Assembly (NCBI GenBank): GCA_963706595.1
Contig: OY970166.1
Span: 1,664,001 to 1,728,000, forward strand
DNA length: 64,000 nt
Direction of reading: 5' to 3'
DNA from: an uncultured cyanobacterium
Lineage (GTDB): Bacteria; Cyanobacteriota; Cyanobacteriia; Cyanobacteriales; Nostocaceae
Shown here: in pieces, positions 29,317-39,045 of the stretch
How the letters are laid out: each line of letters begins with the position of its first letter
Numbering within the stretch: the first letter of the stretch is position 1
Notes under the pieces: model-generated
What the model was told of the DNA's origin: nothing
Database searches by the model: none
What the model saw: the letters and a program-made list of their open reading frames with translations, nothing else
Translations under genes and position numbers: made by a program

Positions 29317-30684
29317 TTGAATCAATCTAACTTCGTGCGTAATCTCCAAGAAACTCACTTAAACCGCGCCCGTGCTAGTCTCAGACAAGCGCTGTCTTGG
29401 TATGGATATATTCGCAAGTCAGGAAAGTTGTCATCAAACCCAGAATTTGTAGGCTTGCTGAAACCGGAATTAGACGCGTTGAACTCGACACTCAACAAAC
29501 TAGACTCCAATGTAATTAGAATTGCGGCTTTTGGTTTGGTGAGTCGAGGAAAATCAGCAGTGTTAAATGCTTTGCTAGGAGACAAGATTCTCCAAACTGG
29601 TCCTTTAAATGGTGTCACCCAATGGCCGCGTTCCGTGCGTTGGCAACCAGGAGGTAAGGTATTAGTAGAGTTAATTGATACCCCTGGATTAGATGAAATT
29701 GAGGGCGAGACACGGGCAAAAATGGCGCGAGAAGTGACGCGTCAGGCGGATTTGATTTTGTTTGTGGTTTCAGGTGATATTACGCGGACTGAGTATCGGG
29801 CTTTGCTGGAATTACGAAAAGCACAAAAGCCACTGATTTTGGTATTTAATAAAATCGATTTATATCCAGAAACAGACCGTTCCGCAATTTATGAGAATTT
29901 GCAACAACTAGGCGCAGGACATCCCCAAGCCAAGCCTTTACTACCGGATGAAATTGTCATGGTGGCGGCGGAACCAGGACCTATGGAAGTGCGGGTGGAG
30001 TGGCCTGATGGTCGTGTCAGCTATGAATGGGAGACTCCACAGCCCCAAATAGAGGAACTTCAGCAGACAATTTTAAATATTCTCAATCGGGAAGGGCGAT
30101 CGCTTCTGGCTTTAAATGCACTAATTCAAGCACGGGATGCGGAAGAGGCGATCGCGCAAAAAACTATGGACTTCCGCGACAAAGAAGCTGAAGATATTAT
30201 TTGGAAATTTACTAAATTTAAAGCCTTGGCAGTAGGATTAAATCCTGTACCTGTTTTAGATGTCATCTGTGGTACGGTTGCCGACTTAGCTTTGATTCGT
30301 TCTCTTGCCCGGTTATATGGCTTACCTATGACTAGCTATGAAGCCAGCAAAATTTTAAAGACGATTTTCTTTAGTTCTGGTGGTTTGCTGTTAGGAGAAA
30401 TAGGTAGTAGTTTGATGCTAGGTTTAGGTAAAAGTACGGCAGCGATCGCCAGTGGTGAAAATCCTCTGAATATTACTGCTTACGCTGGGACTGCGATCGC
30501 GCAATCTGGGATTGCAGGTTATGGTGCATACACAGTCGGTAAAGCCGCCCAAGTATATTTAGAAAAAGGTTGTACTTGGGGACAATTAGGAGCTAGCACA
30601 GTCATTCAAGAGATTTTATCTCAAGTTGACCACAATACAATTCTGTATCGCTTGCAACAGGAATTAGGCGCAAAGTATCAATAA
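29317..30684 (+). CDS. Era-like GTP-binding protein with DUF697-type C-terminus
   Basis: GLVSRGKS, DTPG, NKID, LNPVPVLD. Confidence 0.85.
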   Translation: MNQSNFVRNLQETHLNRARASLRQALSWYGYIRKSGKLSSNPEFVGLLKPELDALNSTLNKLDSNVIRIAAFGLVSRGKSAVLNALLGDKILQTGPLNGVTQWPRSVRWQPGGKVLVELIDTPGLDEIEGETRAKMAREVTRQADLILFVVSGDITRTEYRALLELRKAQKPLILVFNKIDLYPETDRSAIYENLQQLGAGHPQAKPLLPDEIVMVAAEPGPMEVRVEWPDGRVSYEWETPQPQIEELQQTILNILNREGRSLLALNALIQARDAEEAIAQKTMDFRDKEAEDIIWKFTKFKALAVGLNPVPVLDVICGTVADLALIRSLARLYGLPMTSYEASKILKTIFFSSGGLLLGEIGSSLMLGLGKSTAAIASGENPLNITAYAGTAIAQSGIAGYGAYTVGKAAQVYLEKGCTWGQLGASTVIQEILSQVDHNTILYRLQQELGAKYQ

Positions 30685-30950
30685 TCGTGATCAAATCATT
30701 TTCCATCAAATTTTGATGACAACAGGTCTAAATTACCAAATTTAGATGCAAAATTAAGAAAATGAGGGAAAGAAAAATCAAGGCAAAAACTCCAAACAGA
30801 AATTTTATTTTTGGGGATTTTTTACCTTCATCTTACGGTGTTTACTACCAGACGCTTTTGATCAGCCTATCTACACTGGAAGTATAAGCTTTTGAGATCA
30901 TCTGAAGCTTACAGTCAATGTTCATCTCACTCAACACAGGTGAAAATATC

Positions 30951-31220
30951 ATGACAAAAACCCTAGAAGCCGTCCAATCTGCTGTTAACTCCGGGACTAC
31001 AACTCTTGATGAAGCTATCTTAGAATCTATTGTAGAAGCTCGTCAAACCTGCGACGTAGACGGAGACAATTCGGCTAACTGTGCTGTAGCTTGGGATATC
31101 GTCGAAGAATTACAAGCAGAAAAAGCGCACCAACAGCAAGCAAAACATCGCAAAACTGCTTTAGAAAGCTACTGTGAAACCCATCCAGAAGCCATAGAAT
31201 GCTTAATCTACGATGTTTAA
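30951..31220 (+). CDS. cp12: Calvin cycle regulatory protein CP12
   Basis: C-x9-C, AWDIVEEL, YC-x8-CLIYD. Confidence 0.9.
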   Translation: MTKTLEAVQSAVNSGTTTLDEAILESIVEARQTCDVDGDNSANCAVAWDIVEELQAEKAHQQQAKHRKTALESYCETHPEAIECLIYDV

Positions 31221-32035
31221 CTTGTTCGTAAATCAGCAATGGCTGATTGCGTCATTTGTTTAATCGCATCTAAATCAGGTGGTGGTGTATCACTTTCCAT
31301 TCCTAACCATAAAAGATACTCGATATTTCCAGCCGGGCCAGTAATCGGCGACCAAGTTAAACCTTTGTATTTCCATCCTAATTGACAAGCCACTTGCAAC
31401 ACTTGGAAAATAGCATCAGCTTGGTCATGAGGATCGCGAACAACGCCTTTTTTGCCAACACGGGATTTTCCCACTTCAAACTGTGGCTTAACTAGCAAGA
31501 CTGCATCCCTGGGAGATTTAGTTAATCGCCACAAAGCCGGCAAAATCTTAGTTAAGGAAATAAACGATACATCCACCACCGCCAAATCAGGTATCTCGTC
31601 ACCTTCACTATACAAATCTTCGGGTGTGAGATTACGTAAATTGGTACGTTCTCTTAAAATCACCCGTGGATCATTTCTTAAACCCCAGTCAACTTGTCCA
31701 TAACCGACATCAATGCCGTAAACTTGTTTTGCTCCCGCTTGTAGCAAGCAATCGGTAAAACCGCCTGTAGAAATTCCCCCATCTAAACAAATGCGTCCGG
31801 TGGTGGAGATAGGGAAAGCATCCAAAGCCTTTATCAGTTTCTCACCTCCGCGAGACACAAAGCGCGATCGCTCTTTCACCTTAATTTGAGCCGCAATATC
31901 AACTTCTGTCCCAGCCTTATCCACCACCTGTTGATTAACAGTCACTTCTCCCGCTTGAATTAAGCGTTGTGCTAAGGCGCGAGAAGTGCATAAATTTAAA
32001 TCTACTAATAATGTATCGAGTCGCTGCTTCACCAA
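31217..32035 (-). CDS. tlyA: TlyA-family rRNA 2'-O-methyltransferase
   Basis: S4 domain RLD, VSRGGEKL, DGGISTGGFTD, DVSFISL, KPQFE, GNIEY. Confidence 0.95.
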   Translation of the reverse strand: MVKQRLDTLLVDLNLCTSRALAQRLIQAGEVTVNQQVVDKAGTEVDIAAQIKVKERSRFVSRGGEKLIKALDAFPISTTGRICLDGGISTGGFTDCLLQAGAKQVYGIDVGYGQVDWGLRNDPRVILRERTNLRNLTPEDLYSEGDEIPDLAVVDVSFISLTKILPALWRLTKSPRDAVLLVKPQFEVGKSRVGKKGVVRDPHDQADAIFQVLQVACQLGWKYKGLTWSPITGPAGNIEYLLWLGMESDTPPPDLDAIKQMTQSAIADLRTS

Positions 32036-32058
32036 TTAACTTGATTCTCCTGGTAATA
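31778..32058. repeat. 281-bp direct repeat, copy 1 (tlyA 5' end plus last codons of the DUF29 gene)
   Basis: Aligns without gaps to 37280-37560 with about 15 mismatches by manual count. Confidence 0.95.
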
Positions 32059-32207
32059 AGCTGAACAAACCTGATTTTGCACAACATTTTAAATAAAACT
32101 CTTGTGGGATGGGCATACTATGGCTAACGCCACGCTACGCGAACGACAAGCTCAGTACAAGTCTTGCCCGTCCAAATTGTGCGGCATTTAGCTAATTAAT
32201 GCACAGT

Positions 32208-35200
32208 TTAAGATTCCCATGTAATTGTATAAGAATCTAACGAACCTTTACCCTTACCTTGTCGCCAACAATTATCTGCTTCCCATGCGCCGTTTTCTGT
32301 CTTGCGTTTGCGGCTGCGGACGGTGAGGGTGTTATTTTCCAACTTCATTAGGTGATATTGCCAAGGTTCGGCGGTAGTGAGTTCGTGGGTGGGTGCGCCG
32401 AATGTTCCCGCGCAGATGCGGAATAGTCCTCGTTCTGCGTCGTATTCATTAAAGCCTTTTTGGGCTTGGTGGACGTGTCCGTGGAGGAAGAAGCGGAAAC
32501 CTGCGACGGCTAACTGTTCCATGAAACTTTGGTCTTTGATGCGGTCATCCCAGGCGCTATCTAGGGGATGATGCCATACTGCTATTTTGATGCAGTTTGT
32601 ATATTCTTGCTGGCGGCGAATTTTTGTGAGGGCGTTGCTGAGTGTATTCATATTAATGCTGGCACGGGATTTGTAATGATGATCCAATTGCCAAGCGGAG
32701 TTTAACCCTAGAATGAGCAGGTTTTGGTCGGGGAAATGGTCGAGGGTGTATTGCTGGTCATAGTCTAGAGGATAGGGTTGGTTTTTGATAGTTTGGTAGA
32801 AGTTGCTGAAGTGTTCAAAGCGTTGATTGTATTTTTCTTCATCTCGCACACGAATGACACTGGCACTTTCTTCTATATATTCACCTTGCTTCAGTTCTCC
32901 CTCATAGTCGTCACGGTCAATTAATTGGTAAGCTTTTTTTGCTAGTGACCAATTGAGGTCATGATTACCGGGAACGATGATAATTTGCTCAGGTTGGAGG
33001 GCGAAATCTTGGCGGAGTTCATCAAAAAATTGTTTGGCTGCTTCGTATTCTGCGGGGGTTGATTTGTTGGCGATGTCGCCGGAGAGAATGAGGGCATCAA
33101 GTTGAGGAATTTCGAGTTCATTTCGCAAGTCGGTTGCTAGTTGGTTTGACCAAAGTTTAGCTTGGTCAGGTGTGCCAAAGTGCAGGTCTGAGAGGTGGAG
33201 AATGTGCATTATGGAAGTTTTAATAAGCTGGGGGTTTGGTTTAGTAATTGGTTGAGCAAGAGAGTTGTAGTATTTACAGTTTTCTTGTATCGCTTCAAGT
33301 GCTTGTAGTACATCACTCGCATTATCTATATTATTTTCATCTTCGAGCAATTGAATTAACCCAGGAATCGCTGCCTCTGATTTGATTTCTCCCAGGGCTG
33401 ATGCCGCCCTCCTACGCACATCGGAGTTTTCATCTTCGAGCCATTTAATTAACCCAGGAATCGCTGCCTCTGATTTGATTTTTCCCAGGGCTGATGCCGC
33501 AAAATAACGCACAGATAATTCTTCATCTTCGAGCAATTGAATTAACCCAGGAATCGCTGCCTCTGATTTGATTTCTCCCAGGGCTGATGCCGCACTAAAA
33601 CGCACAGATAATTCTTCATCTTCGAGCAATTGAATTAACCCAGGAATCGCTGCCTCTGATTTGATTTTTCCCAGGGCTGATGCCGCACTAAAACGCACAT
33701 CGGAGTTTTCATCTTCAAGCAATTGAATTAACCCAGGAATCGCTGCCTCTGATTTGATTCCTCCCAGGGCTGATGCCGCACTAAAACGCACAGATAAGTC
33801 TTCATGTTCGAGCAATTGAATTAACCCAGGAATCGCTGCCTCTGATTTGATTTTTCCCAGGGCTGATGCCGCACTAGAACGCACATCGGAGTTTTCATGT
33901 TCGAGCAATTGAATTAACCCAGGAATCGCTGCCTCTGATTTGATGTCTCCCAGGGCTGATGCCGCACTAGAACGCACAGAGGAGTTTTCATCTTCGAGCA
34001 ATTGAATTAACCCAGGAATCGCTGCCTCTGATTTGATGTCTCCCAGGGCTGATGCCGCACTAGAACGCACAGAGGAGTTTTCATCTTCGAGCAATTGAAT
34101 TAACTCAGGAATCGCTGCCTCTGATTTGATGTCTCCCAGGGCTGATGCCGCCCTAGAACGCACAGGGGAGTTTTCATCTTCGAGGAATTGAATTAACCCA
34201 GGAATCGCTGCCTCTGATTTGATTTTTCCCAGGGCTGATGCCGCATAATAACGCACATCGGAGTTTTCATGTTCGAGCAATTGAATTAACCCAGGAATCG
34301 CTGCCTCTGATTTGATTTCTCCCAGGGCTAATGCCGCCCTAAAACGCACATCGGAGTTTTCATCTTCAAGCAATTGAATTAACCCAGGAATCGCTGCCTC
34401 TGATTTGATTCCTCCCAGGGCTGATGCCGCACTAGAACGCACATCGGAGTTTTCATCTTCAAGCAATTGAATTAACCCAGGAATCGCTGCCTCTGATTTG
34501 ATGTCTCTCAGGGCTGATGCCGCATAATAATGCACAGAGGAGTTTTCATGTTCGAGCAATTGAATTAACCCAGGAATCGCTGCCTCTGATTTGATGTCTC
34601 CCAGGGCTGATGCCGCCCTCATACGCACATCGGAGTTTTCATCTTCAAGCAATTGAATTAACCCAGGAACCGCTGCCTCTAATTTGATGTCTCCCAGGGC
34701 TGATGCCGCCCTCATACGCACATCGGAGTTTTCATCTTCAAGCAATTGAATTAACCCAGGAATCGCTGCCTCTGATTTGATTTTTACCAGGGCATCTGCC
34801 GCACTCCTACGCACATCGGAGACTTGATGTTCGAGTAATTTAATTAACCCAGGAATCGCTTTGTTAGATTTTGTTAAACCTAAAAGCGTAATTTTAAATA
34901 ATAGAGGAATTTCTAACCCAGCAACTAAATCAACTGTTTGCTGTTGGAATTCTGGCTTTACAGCACCTGCTAACCTTGCGCCTAACTGCCAATCTACCTC
35001 TAAGGCTAAGTTCACCACTTGCACCGCCTGCGCCCCATCATCCACCAATTCCAGCATCAATTTCAGGGGTTCAGTCCATTTTAAATAATTTAAATACTCT
35101 CGCTGGAGACGTTTATCACCGAGGTTTGGTAATTGCTTGAGCAAACATTCGGCGGTGTAATAGTCCTGAATTAGTTGGTGGCGAAATTCAATTTGGTCAT

Positions 35201-36347
35201 TTGCCCCAACTTGAATTAAGTGATGGTTGAGTAAGTCTTGCAGCCAGTTTAAAGCTCTGTCACGGGGTCTATCAAATTTCTCAGATTGCAAAAACTGGGT
35301 TAAAACTTCCTCGGCTTTTGACCTGGATATGGCAACATTTAATTCTGTCAGCTTATCCCCTGTGGTCATGTAGAATGCCAGATGTTCTAATAATCGAGTC
35401 CACCACCGCCGAGACTCATCTGTAACTGGGATATCTTGGCGATATTGACGCTCATAGGTTTGGGTAAACTGGCGAAAAACTAAACCCAAGTTCGGCGGGA
35501 TGTCTCCTGTGGCTTGAAACAATGAACACAGCATCAACAGTAGCAACGGCGTTTCTCCAAACTCCCGCAACCTGTCGCCTAAGTTCTGCAACATCTGCTC
35601 ACCCTGTTCTGGCAAATAGGCGCGGACAAACTGCTGCATCTGTTCTGCTGTCAGGGGTTGCATTTCCAGCTTCTTGGTAATACCCAAATCGCCCCCCACG
35701 CCTAAATCCCGCGTGGTGAATATCATCGGCGTGGTTTTTTCGTAGTCTTGCCGGAATTTATATAAATTTTGTCGGGCTTTTTCTGAGGGTAATTCGTTGA
35801 TACCATCTACCAACAGGAGGAATTGCCCGTCAAATAACAGTTTTTCTATGGTTGTAGTCTCCAACAGTAGGCGATGGCGCATTAAGAAATCCCGAATTAA
35901 ATCTAGGACTGAGGTTTGGTAATAGCGCAACTCTACTAGCACGGGGATTTGACCTAACCCCCCAACCCCCTTCCCTGCGAGGGAAGGGGGAGAATTAACT
36001 CCCCTCTCCGTTTCGGGGAGGGGTTGGGGGAGGGGTTTCTCCGCTTCCTCTAACAACAACCGCACCAACGCCGTTGATTTCCCCGAACCTGGCCGCCCTA
36101 CCAGTAAGACGTGTTCTTGAGCATATTTCCGCAACCCTGCCAATACATCTAAACGCTCAGTTTTCTCCTGGGTTTCGCTCCGTTCCTCTTTGGTGGGCAA
36201 TACCGTCTCCACCATAAAATTTAGCATTAGGGGCGATCGCTTATGCTCAACTCGCTGCTGTCCCACTACATCCGTCAGCGTGTAAGCATTCCACCATTGG
36301 GCATAATCATTGCTGAGTGATTCGAGATAGTCATTCCAGATGCTCAT
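32208..36347 (-). CDS. NACHT NTPase-HEAT repeat-metallophosphoesterase fusion (NLR/STAND-like)
   Basis: Walker A GRPGSGKST, Walker B LLLVDGINE, IFTTR, TPLLL, FRHQLIQDYY; 16 HEAT repeats; HLSDLH, GDIA, PGNHD, HH and HGHVH motifs. Confidence 0.92.
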   Translation of the reverse strand: MSIWNDYLESLSNDYAQWWNAYTLTDVVGQQRVEHKRSPLMLNFMVETVLPTKEERSETQEKTERLDVLAGLRKYAQEHVLLVGRPGSGKSTALVRLLLEEAEKPLPQPLPETERGVNSPPSLAGKGVGGLGQIPVLVELRYYQTSVLDLIRDFLMRHRLLLETTTIEKLLFDGQFLLLVDGINELPSEKARQNLYKFRQDYEKTTPMIFTTRDLGVGGDLGITKKLEMQPLTAEQMQQFVRAYLPEQGEQMLQNLGDRLREFGETPLLLLMLCSLFQATGDIPPNLGLVFRQFTQTYERQYRQDIPVTDESRRWWTRLLEHLAFYMTTGDKLTELNVAISRSKAEEVLTQFLQSEKFDRPRDRALNWLQDLLNHHLIQVGANDQIEFRHQLIQDYYTAECLLKQLPNLGDKRLQREYLNYLKWTEPLKLMLELVDDGAQAVQVVNLALEVDWQLGARLAGAVKPEFQQQTVDLVAGLEIPLLFKITLLGLTKSNKAIPGLIKLLEHQVSDVRRSAADALVKIKSEAAIPGLIQLLEDENSDVRMRAASALGDIKLEAAVPGLIQLLEDENSDVRMRAASALGDIKSEAAIPGLIQLLEHENSSVHYYAASALRDIKSEAAIPGLIQLLEDENSDVRSSAASALGGIKSEAAIPGLIQLLEDENSDVRFRAALALGEIKSEAAIPGLIQLLEHENSDVRYYAASALGKIKSEAAIPGLIQFLEDENSPVRSRAASALGDIKSEAAIPELIQLLEDENSSVRSSAASALGDIKSEAAIPGLIQLLEDENSSVRSSAASALGDIKSEAAIPGLIQLLEHENSDVRSSAASALGKIKSEAAIPGLIQLLEHEDLSVRFSAASALGGIKSEAAIPGLIQLLEDENSDVRFSAASALGKIKSEAAIPGLIQLLEDEELSVRFSAASALGEIKSEAAIPGLIQLLEDEELSVRYFAASALGKIKSEAAIPGLIKWLEDENSDVRRRAASALGEIKSEAAIPGLIQLLEDENNIDNASDVLQALEAIQENCKYYNSLAQPITKPNPQLIKTSIMHILHLSDLHFGTPDQAKLWSNQLATDLRNELEIPQLDALILSGDIANKSTPAEYEAAKQFFDELRQDFALQPEQIIIVPGNHDLNWSLAKKAYQLIDRDDYEGELKQGEYIEESASVIRVRDEEKYNQRFEHFSNFYQTIKNQPYPLDYDQQYTLDHFPDQNLLILGLNSAWQLDHHYKSRASINMNTLSNALTKIRRQQEYTNCIKIAVWHHPLDSAWDDRIKDQSFMEQLAVAGFRFFLHGHVHQAQKGFNEYDAERGLFRICAGTFGAPTHELTTAEPWQYHLMKLENNTLTVRSRKRKTENGAWEADNCWRQGKGKGSLDSYTITWES
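33334..34860 (-). repeat. Tandem array of 93-bp coding repeats (31-aa HEAT/PBS-like)
   Basis: 16 full units plus a partial one, nearly identical in DNA. Confidence 0.97.
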
Positions 36348-36549
36348 GGTGTGTGGAATAGTGAGATGTTGGCGTTAGGGAAAGATTAAATGTTGCTTGC
36401 CTAACCCCTGGTAACGGTGTATTTTTGACAAGGTTTAACTTACTGAGTGAAATTGTAACTTATTATCTGAGTTTAGATTTTATTAAATAAGAATCAGCAC
36501 TTTAGAGAGGCTCAGACCCTCGATTTTTTTGAGAAGTCGGGGATCTTTT

Positions 36550-36695
36550 CTGACTTTTCACGTCATGTGGAAAAGCTAACGCGAAACCTAACCCCCCAAC
36601 CCCCTTCCCTACCAGGGAATGGGGAGAATTCAAAGCCTCTCTCCTTGCAGGAGAGAGGTTTGGAGAGAGGTTTTCTAGATACCGTGAAAAGTTAG
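36550..36695. mobile_element. 146-bp MITE with 10-bp target duplication
   Basis: TIR CTGACTTTTCACG/CGTGAAAAGTTAG; GGGATCTTTT at 36540-36549 and 36696-36705. Confidence 0.8.
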
Positions 36696-36761
36696 GGGAT
36701 CTTTTTTGTTCTCGAACTACGAATTATGCTAATTTCATCTCAGTGAACTTTGCTATCACCA

Positions 36762-37262
36762 ATGTCTAACCTATTACCAACTGAATCCCAGCCTAAATCT
36801 CTCGATGATTTTGAATTAGACTTGCTCAAACAGGAATATTTTTTTCTGCAAAATACGATTGAAGACTATAACAAGCAGATTTGGGTGATAAAAGCCCTGG
36901 GAATTACTGGGACTGGGGGAGTCTTAGCATTGATGTTACAGCAAAAACCCATCGCCAGTGCGATCGCCTTAATAGGTTGCTCTATTCCCTTATTTTTCTG
37001 GATTCTCGAAAGTCAATGGAAACACTTTCAGCGCGGTTTCTATCCCCGTGTTGCCGAAATTGAGTATATTCTCGCCAATACATACAACTTGAAAAGCCCT
37101 GGTATCTATGGCAGTTGGTCGAAAACCCACAAGCGTCAGCACATTTCTAAACGTCAAGGCTACCTCTGGGATGGTCTGCTCAATCGTAGTGTTTTCATGA
37201 GCTACATCCTAGAGATTATCTTTCTGTTGATCATAGCGGCGATCGCACCTAATATTTTGTAA
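36762..37262 (+). CDS. Hypothetical membrane protein (about 3 TM)
   Basis: Amphipathic N-terminal helix followed by hydrophobic segments; ATG at 36762. Confidence 0.75.
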   Translation: MSNLLPTESQPKSLDDFELDLLKQEYFFLQNTIEDYNKQIWVIKALGITGTGGVLALMLQQKPIASAIALIGCSIPLFFWILESQWKHFQRGFYPRVAEIEYILANTYNLKSPGIYGSWSKTHKRQHISKRQGYLWDGLLNRSVFMSYILEIIFLLIIAAIAPNIL

Positions 37263-37279
37263 TAATTACTCTCGGTGCG

Positions 37280-37537
37280 CCCATCTAAACAAATGCGTCC
37301 GGTTGTGGAGATAGGGAACACATCCAAAGCCTTTACCAGTTTCTCACCTCCGCGAGACACAAAGCGCGATCGCTCTTTAATCTTAATTTGAGCCGCAACA
37401 TCAACTTCCGTCCCAGCCTTATCCACCACCTGCTGATTAACAGTCACCTCTCCCGCTTGAATTAAGCGCTGTGCTAAAGCGCGAGAAGGACATAAATTTA
37501 AATCTACTAATAATGTATCGAGTCGCTGCTTCACCAA
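37280..37537 (-). pseudogene. tlyA: Truncated 5' copy of tlyA (direct repeat copy 2, which extends to 37560)
   Basis: First 86 codons nearly identical to tlyA; homology stops at ICLDG. Confidence 0.9.
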
Positions 37538-37972
37538 TTAACTTGACTCTCCTGGTAATATCAAATCTAAAGCAAAATGAATAATTTCTTCCCGATTTAC
37601 CAACTTCTCTAATTCTTCTGGCTGATAACGACCTTCTTCCACTTCCAAAGAAGCCTGATCAATAGCATTTAAATAAGCTTCTTCTAAAGTTTCCCATAAT
37701 TCCGAGCGTGTGAGGTAATAACCTCCAGCTTTACGGCGCTTATTTTCTCGCTGAATTTCCCGAACAGAATTGCGAATAGACACTTCCCAAGAGCGAGTGC
37801 TGCGATGTTCCGCTTTTTGTTTAATTAAATGTAATAAAAGAATCACCGCGTAACTACGAATCGTTTTAATAATGTCATTTCGGCTCATTTCTGCCAATTC
37901 TTCCACGATAACCAACGCCCCTGTAACATCGCCTTTAATGAGTAAGTCTTTCAGAGTTAGTAATTCTTCCAT
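37538..37972 (-). CDS. DUF29-family protein
   Basis: IVEELAEMSRND, ILLLHLIK, RSWEVSIRNS, EAYLNA. Confidence 0.8.
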   Translation of the reverse strand: MEELLTLKDLLIKGDVTGALVIVEELAEMSRNDIIKTIRSYAVILLLHLIKQKAEHRSTRSWEVSIRNSVREIQRENKRRKAGGYYLTRSELWETLEEAYLNAIDQASLEVEEGRYQPEELEKLVNREEIIHFALDLILPGESS

Positions 37973-38165
37973 AGTTTAGCGCCTGAAACATCGGTAACTG
38001 CTATTGTCATCTGAAAGCACAGAAAACTTGTTTAAAGCCTACCTGCTTTTATTATTAAAAAAAGTAAACGCACCTTGTCAAAAAAGCCAAAGTGCGATTG
38101 TTATATTACCCGTCATTACAGACTAGGTTTGCTATCCTGCGATTTCCCATCACCAGGGCTAGATG

Positions 38166-38675
38166 CTAAATATCCTTCTCGCTCAACTCACGAGTCATAT
38201 AATCAAAAGGTTCATCCACAAAAGCAGTATCAGCGACACCTGCGGCTGCAACTTGTTCCTTCACCATATCCTTGAGAATCTGGATACCAGAAACCGTCGG
38301 GCTAATAGGTACACCCAAAGAATTGTAAGTTTCCCGCAACCCTTGAAGTACACGCTCATCCAACACATTCATATTACCCGCCACCAAAGCATAAGTAGCA
38401 TAGCGGAGGTAGTAATCCATATCCCGCAGACAAGCCGCATAACGACGAGTTGTGTAGGCATTTCCGCCAGGACGAATCAACTCAGGCTGTTCTTCAAATA
38501 ACTTAACACTGGCCTGTTTGACCAGCGAGGCTGCATTCGAGTTAATCGCCGCCGCCGCTTTTACCCGTGCTGTGCCACTTTCAAAATAAATTTTCAGGCT
38601 GTCAATCGCATTCCGGTCAAAATAACGTCCAGCAACGTCATAATTCTTAATCAAGCTTGTAACTGCATCGCGCAT
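38166..38675 (-). CDS. apcF: Allophycocyanin beta-18 subunit
   Basis: MRDAVTSLIKNYD, PGGNAYTTRRYAACLRD, ETYNSLGVP; divergent from glnA. Confidence 0.95.
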   Translation of the reverse strand: MRDAVTSLIKNYDVAGRYFDRNAIDSLKIYFESGTARVKAAAAINSNAASLVKQASVKLFEEQPELIRPGGNAYTTRRYAACLRDMDYYLRYATYALVAGNMNVLDERVLQGLRETYNSLGVPISPTVSGIQILKDMVKEQVAAAGVADTAFVDEPFDYMTRELSEKDI

Positions 38676-38901
38676 TCTTTTTTCTCCCAATCAATGCTAT
38701 CTATGGTTTGATATTAATTTGGTTGCAATTATGCACCAGTAAATTTTTGTGCCATGTATTTTATTTAAAATATGATACGACACAAAAACAATTCATCCGC
38801 TATCTAAGGATTCTATGCCAAAGTTGACCCTATCAGATGAACTTTACGTTTTGTGCAGATGTGAGACAAAAGGTTAATATAAGCTGTAATCCAGATAAGC
38901 T

Positions 38902-38944
38902 GTAACAAAAACTACAAAATCTTCTAATGTCCAGGATTTATGAT
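38902..38944 (+). promoter_or_regulatory. NtcA-activated glnA promoter
   Basis: GTA-ACAAAAAC-TAC at 38902-38915 followed 23 bp later by -10 TATGAT. Confidence 0.9.
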
Positions 38945-39045
38945 ATTTCAGGTGTGTCATCTACAACTTAGTTCAAATCATCTGGGTTAGGATGCTTTGG
39001 AAGATTTTGGCTTGATTTTAGGAAATAGGTAGAGAAGGAGTAACA

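Noticed and set aside
29200..29320. attR duplicate of the tRNA 3' end or a Tn7-like TGT end closing the island
   Set aside because: No copy of the tRNA end and no repeated TnsB-site pattern seen.
33334..34860. 93-bp array as a CRISPR or non-coding repeat
   Set aside because: Units are contiguous, in frame and encode HEAT repeats; there are no unique spacers.
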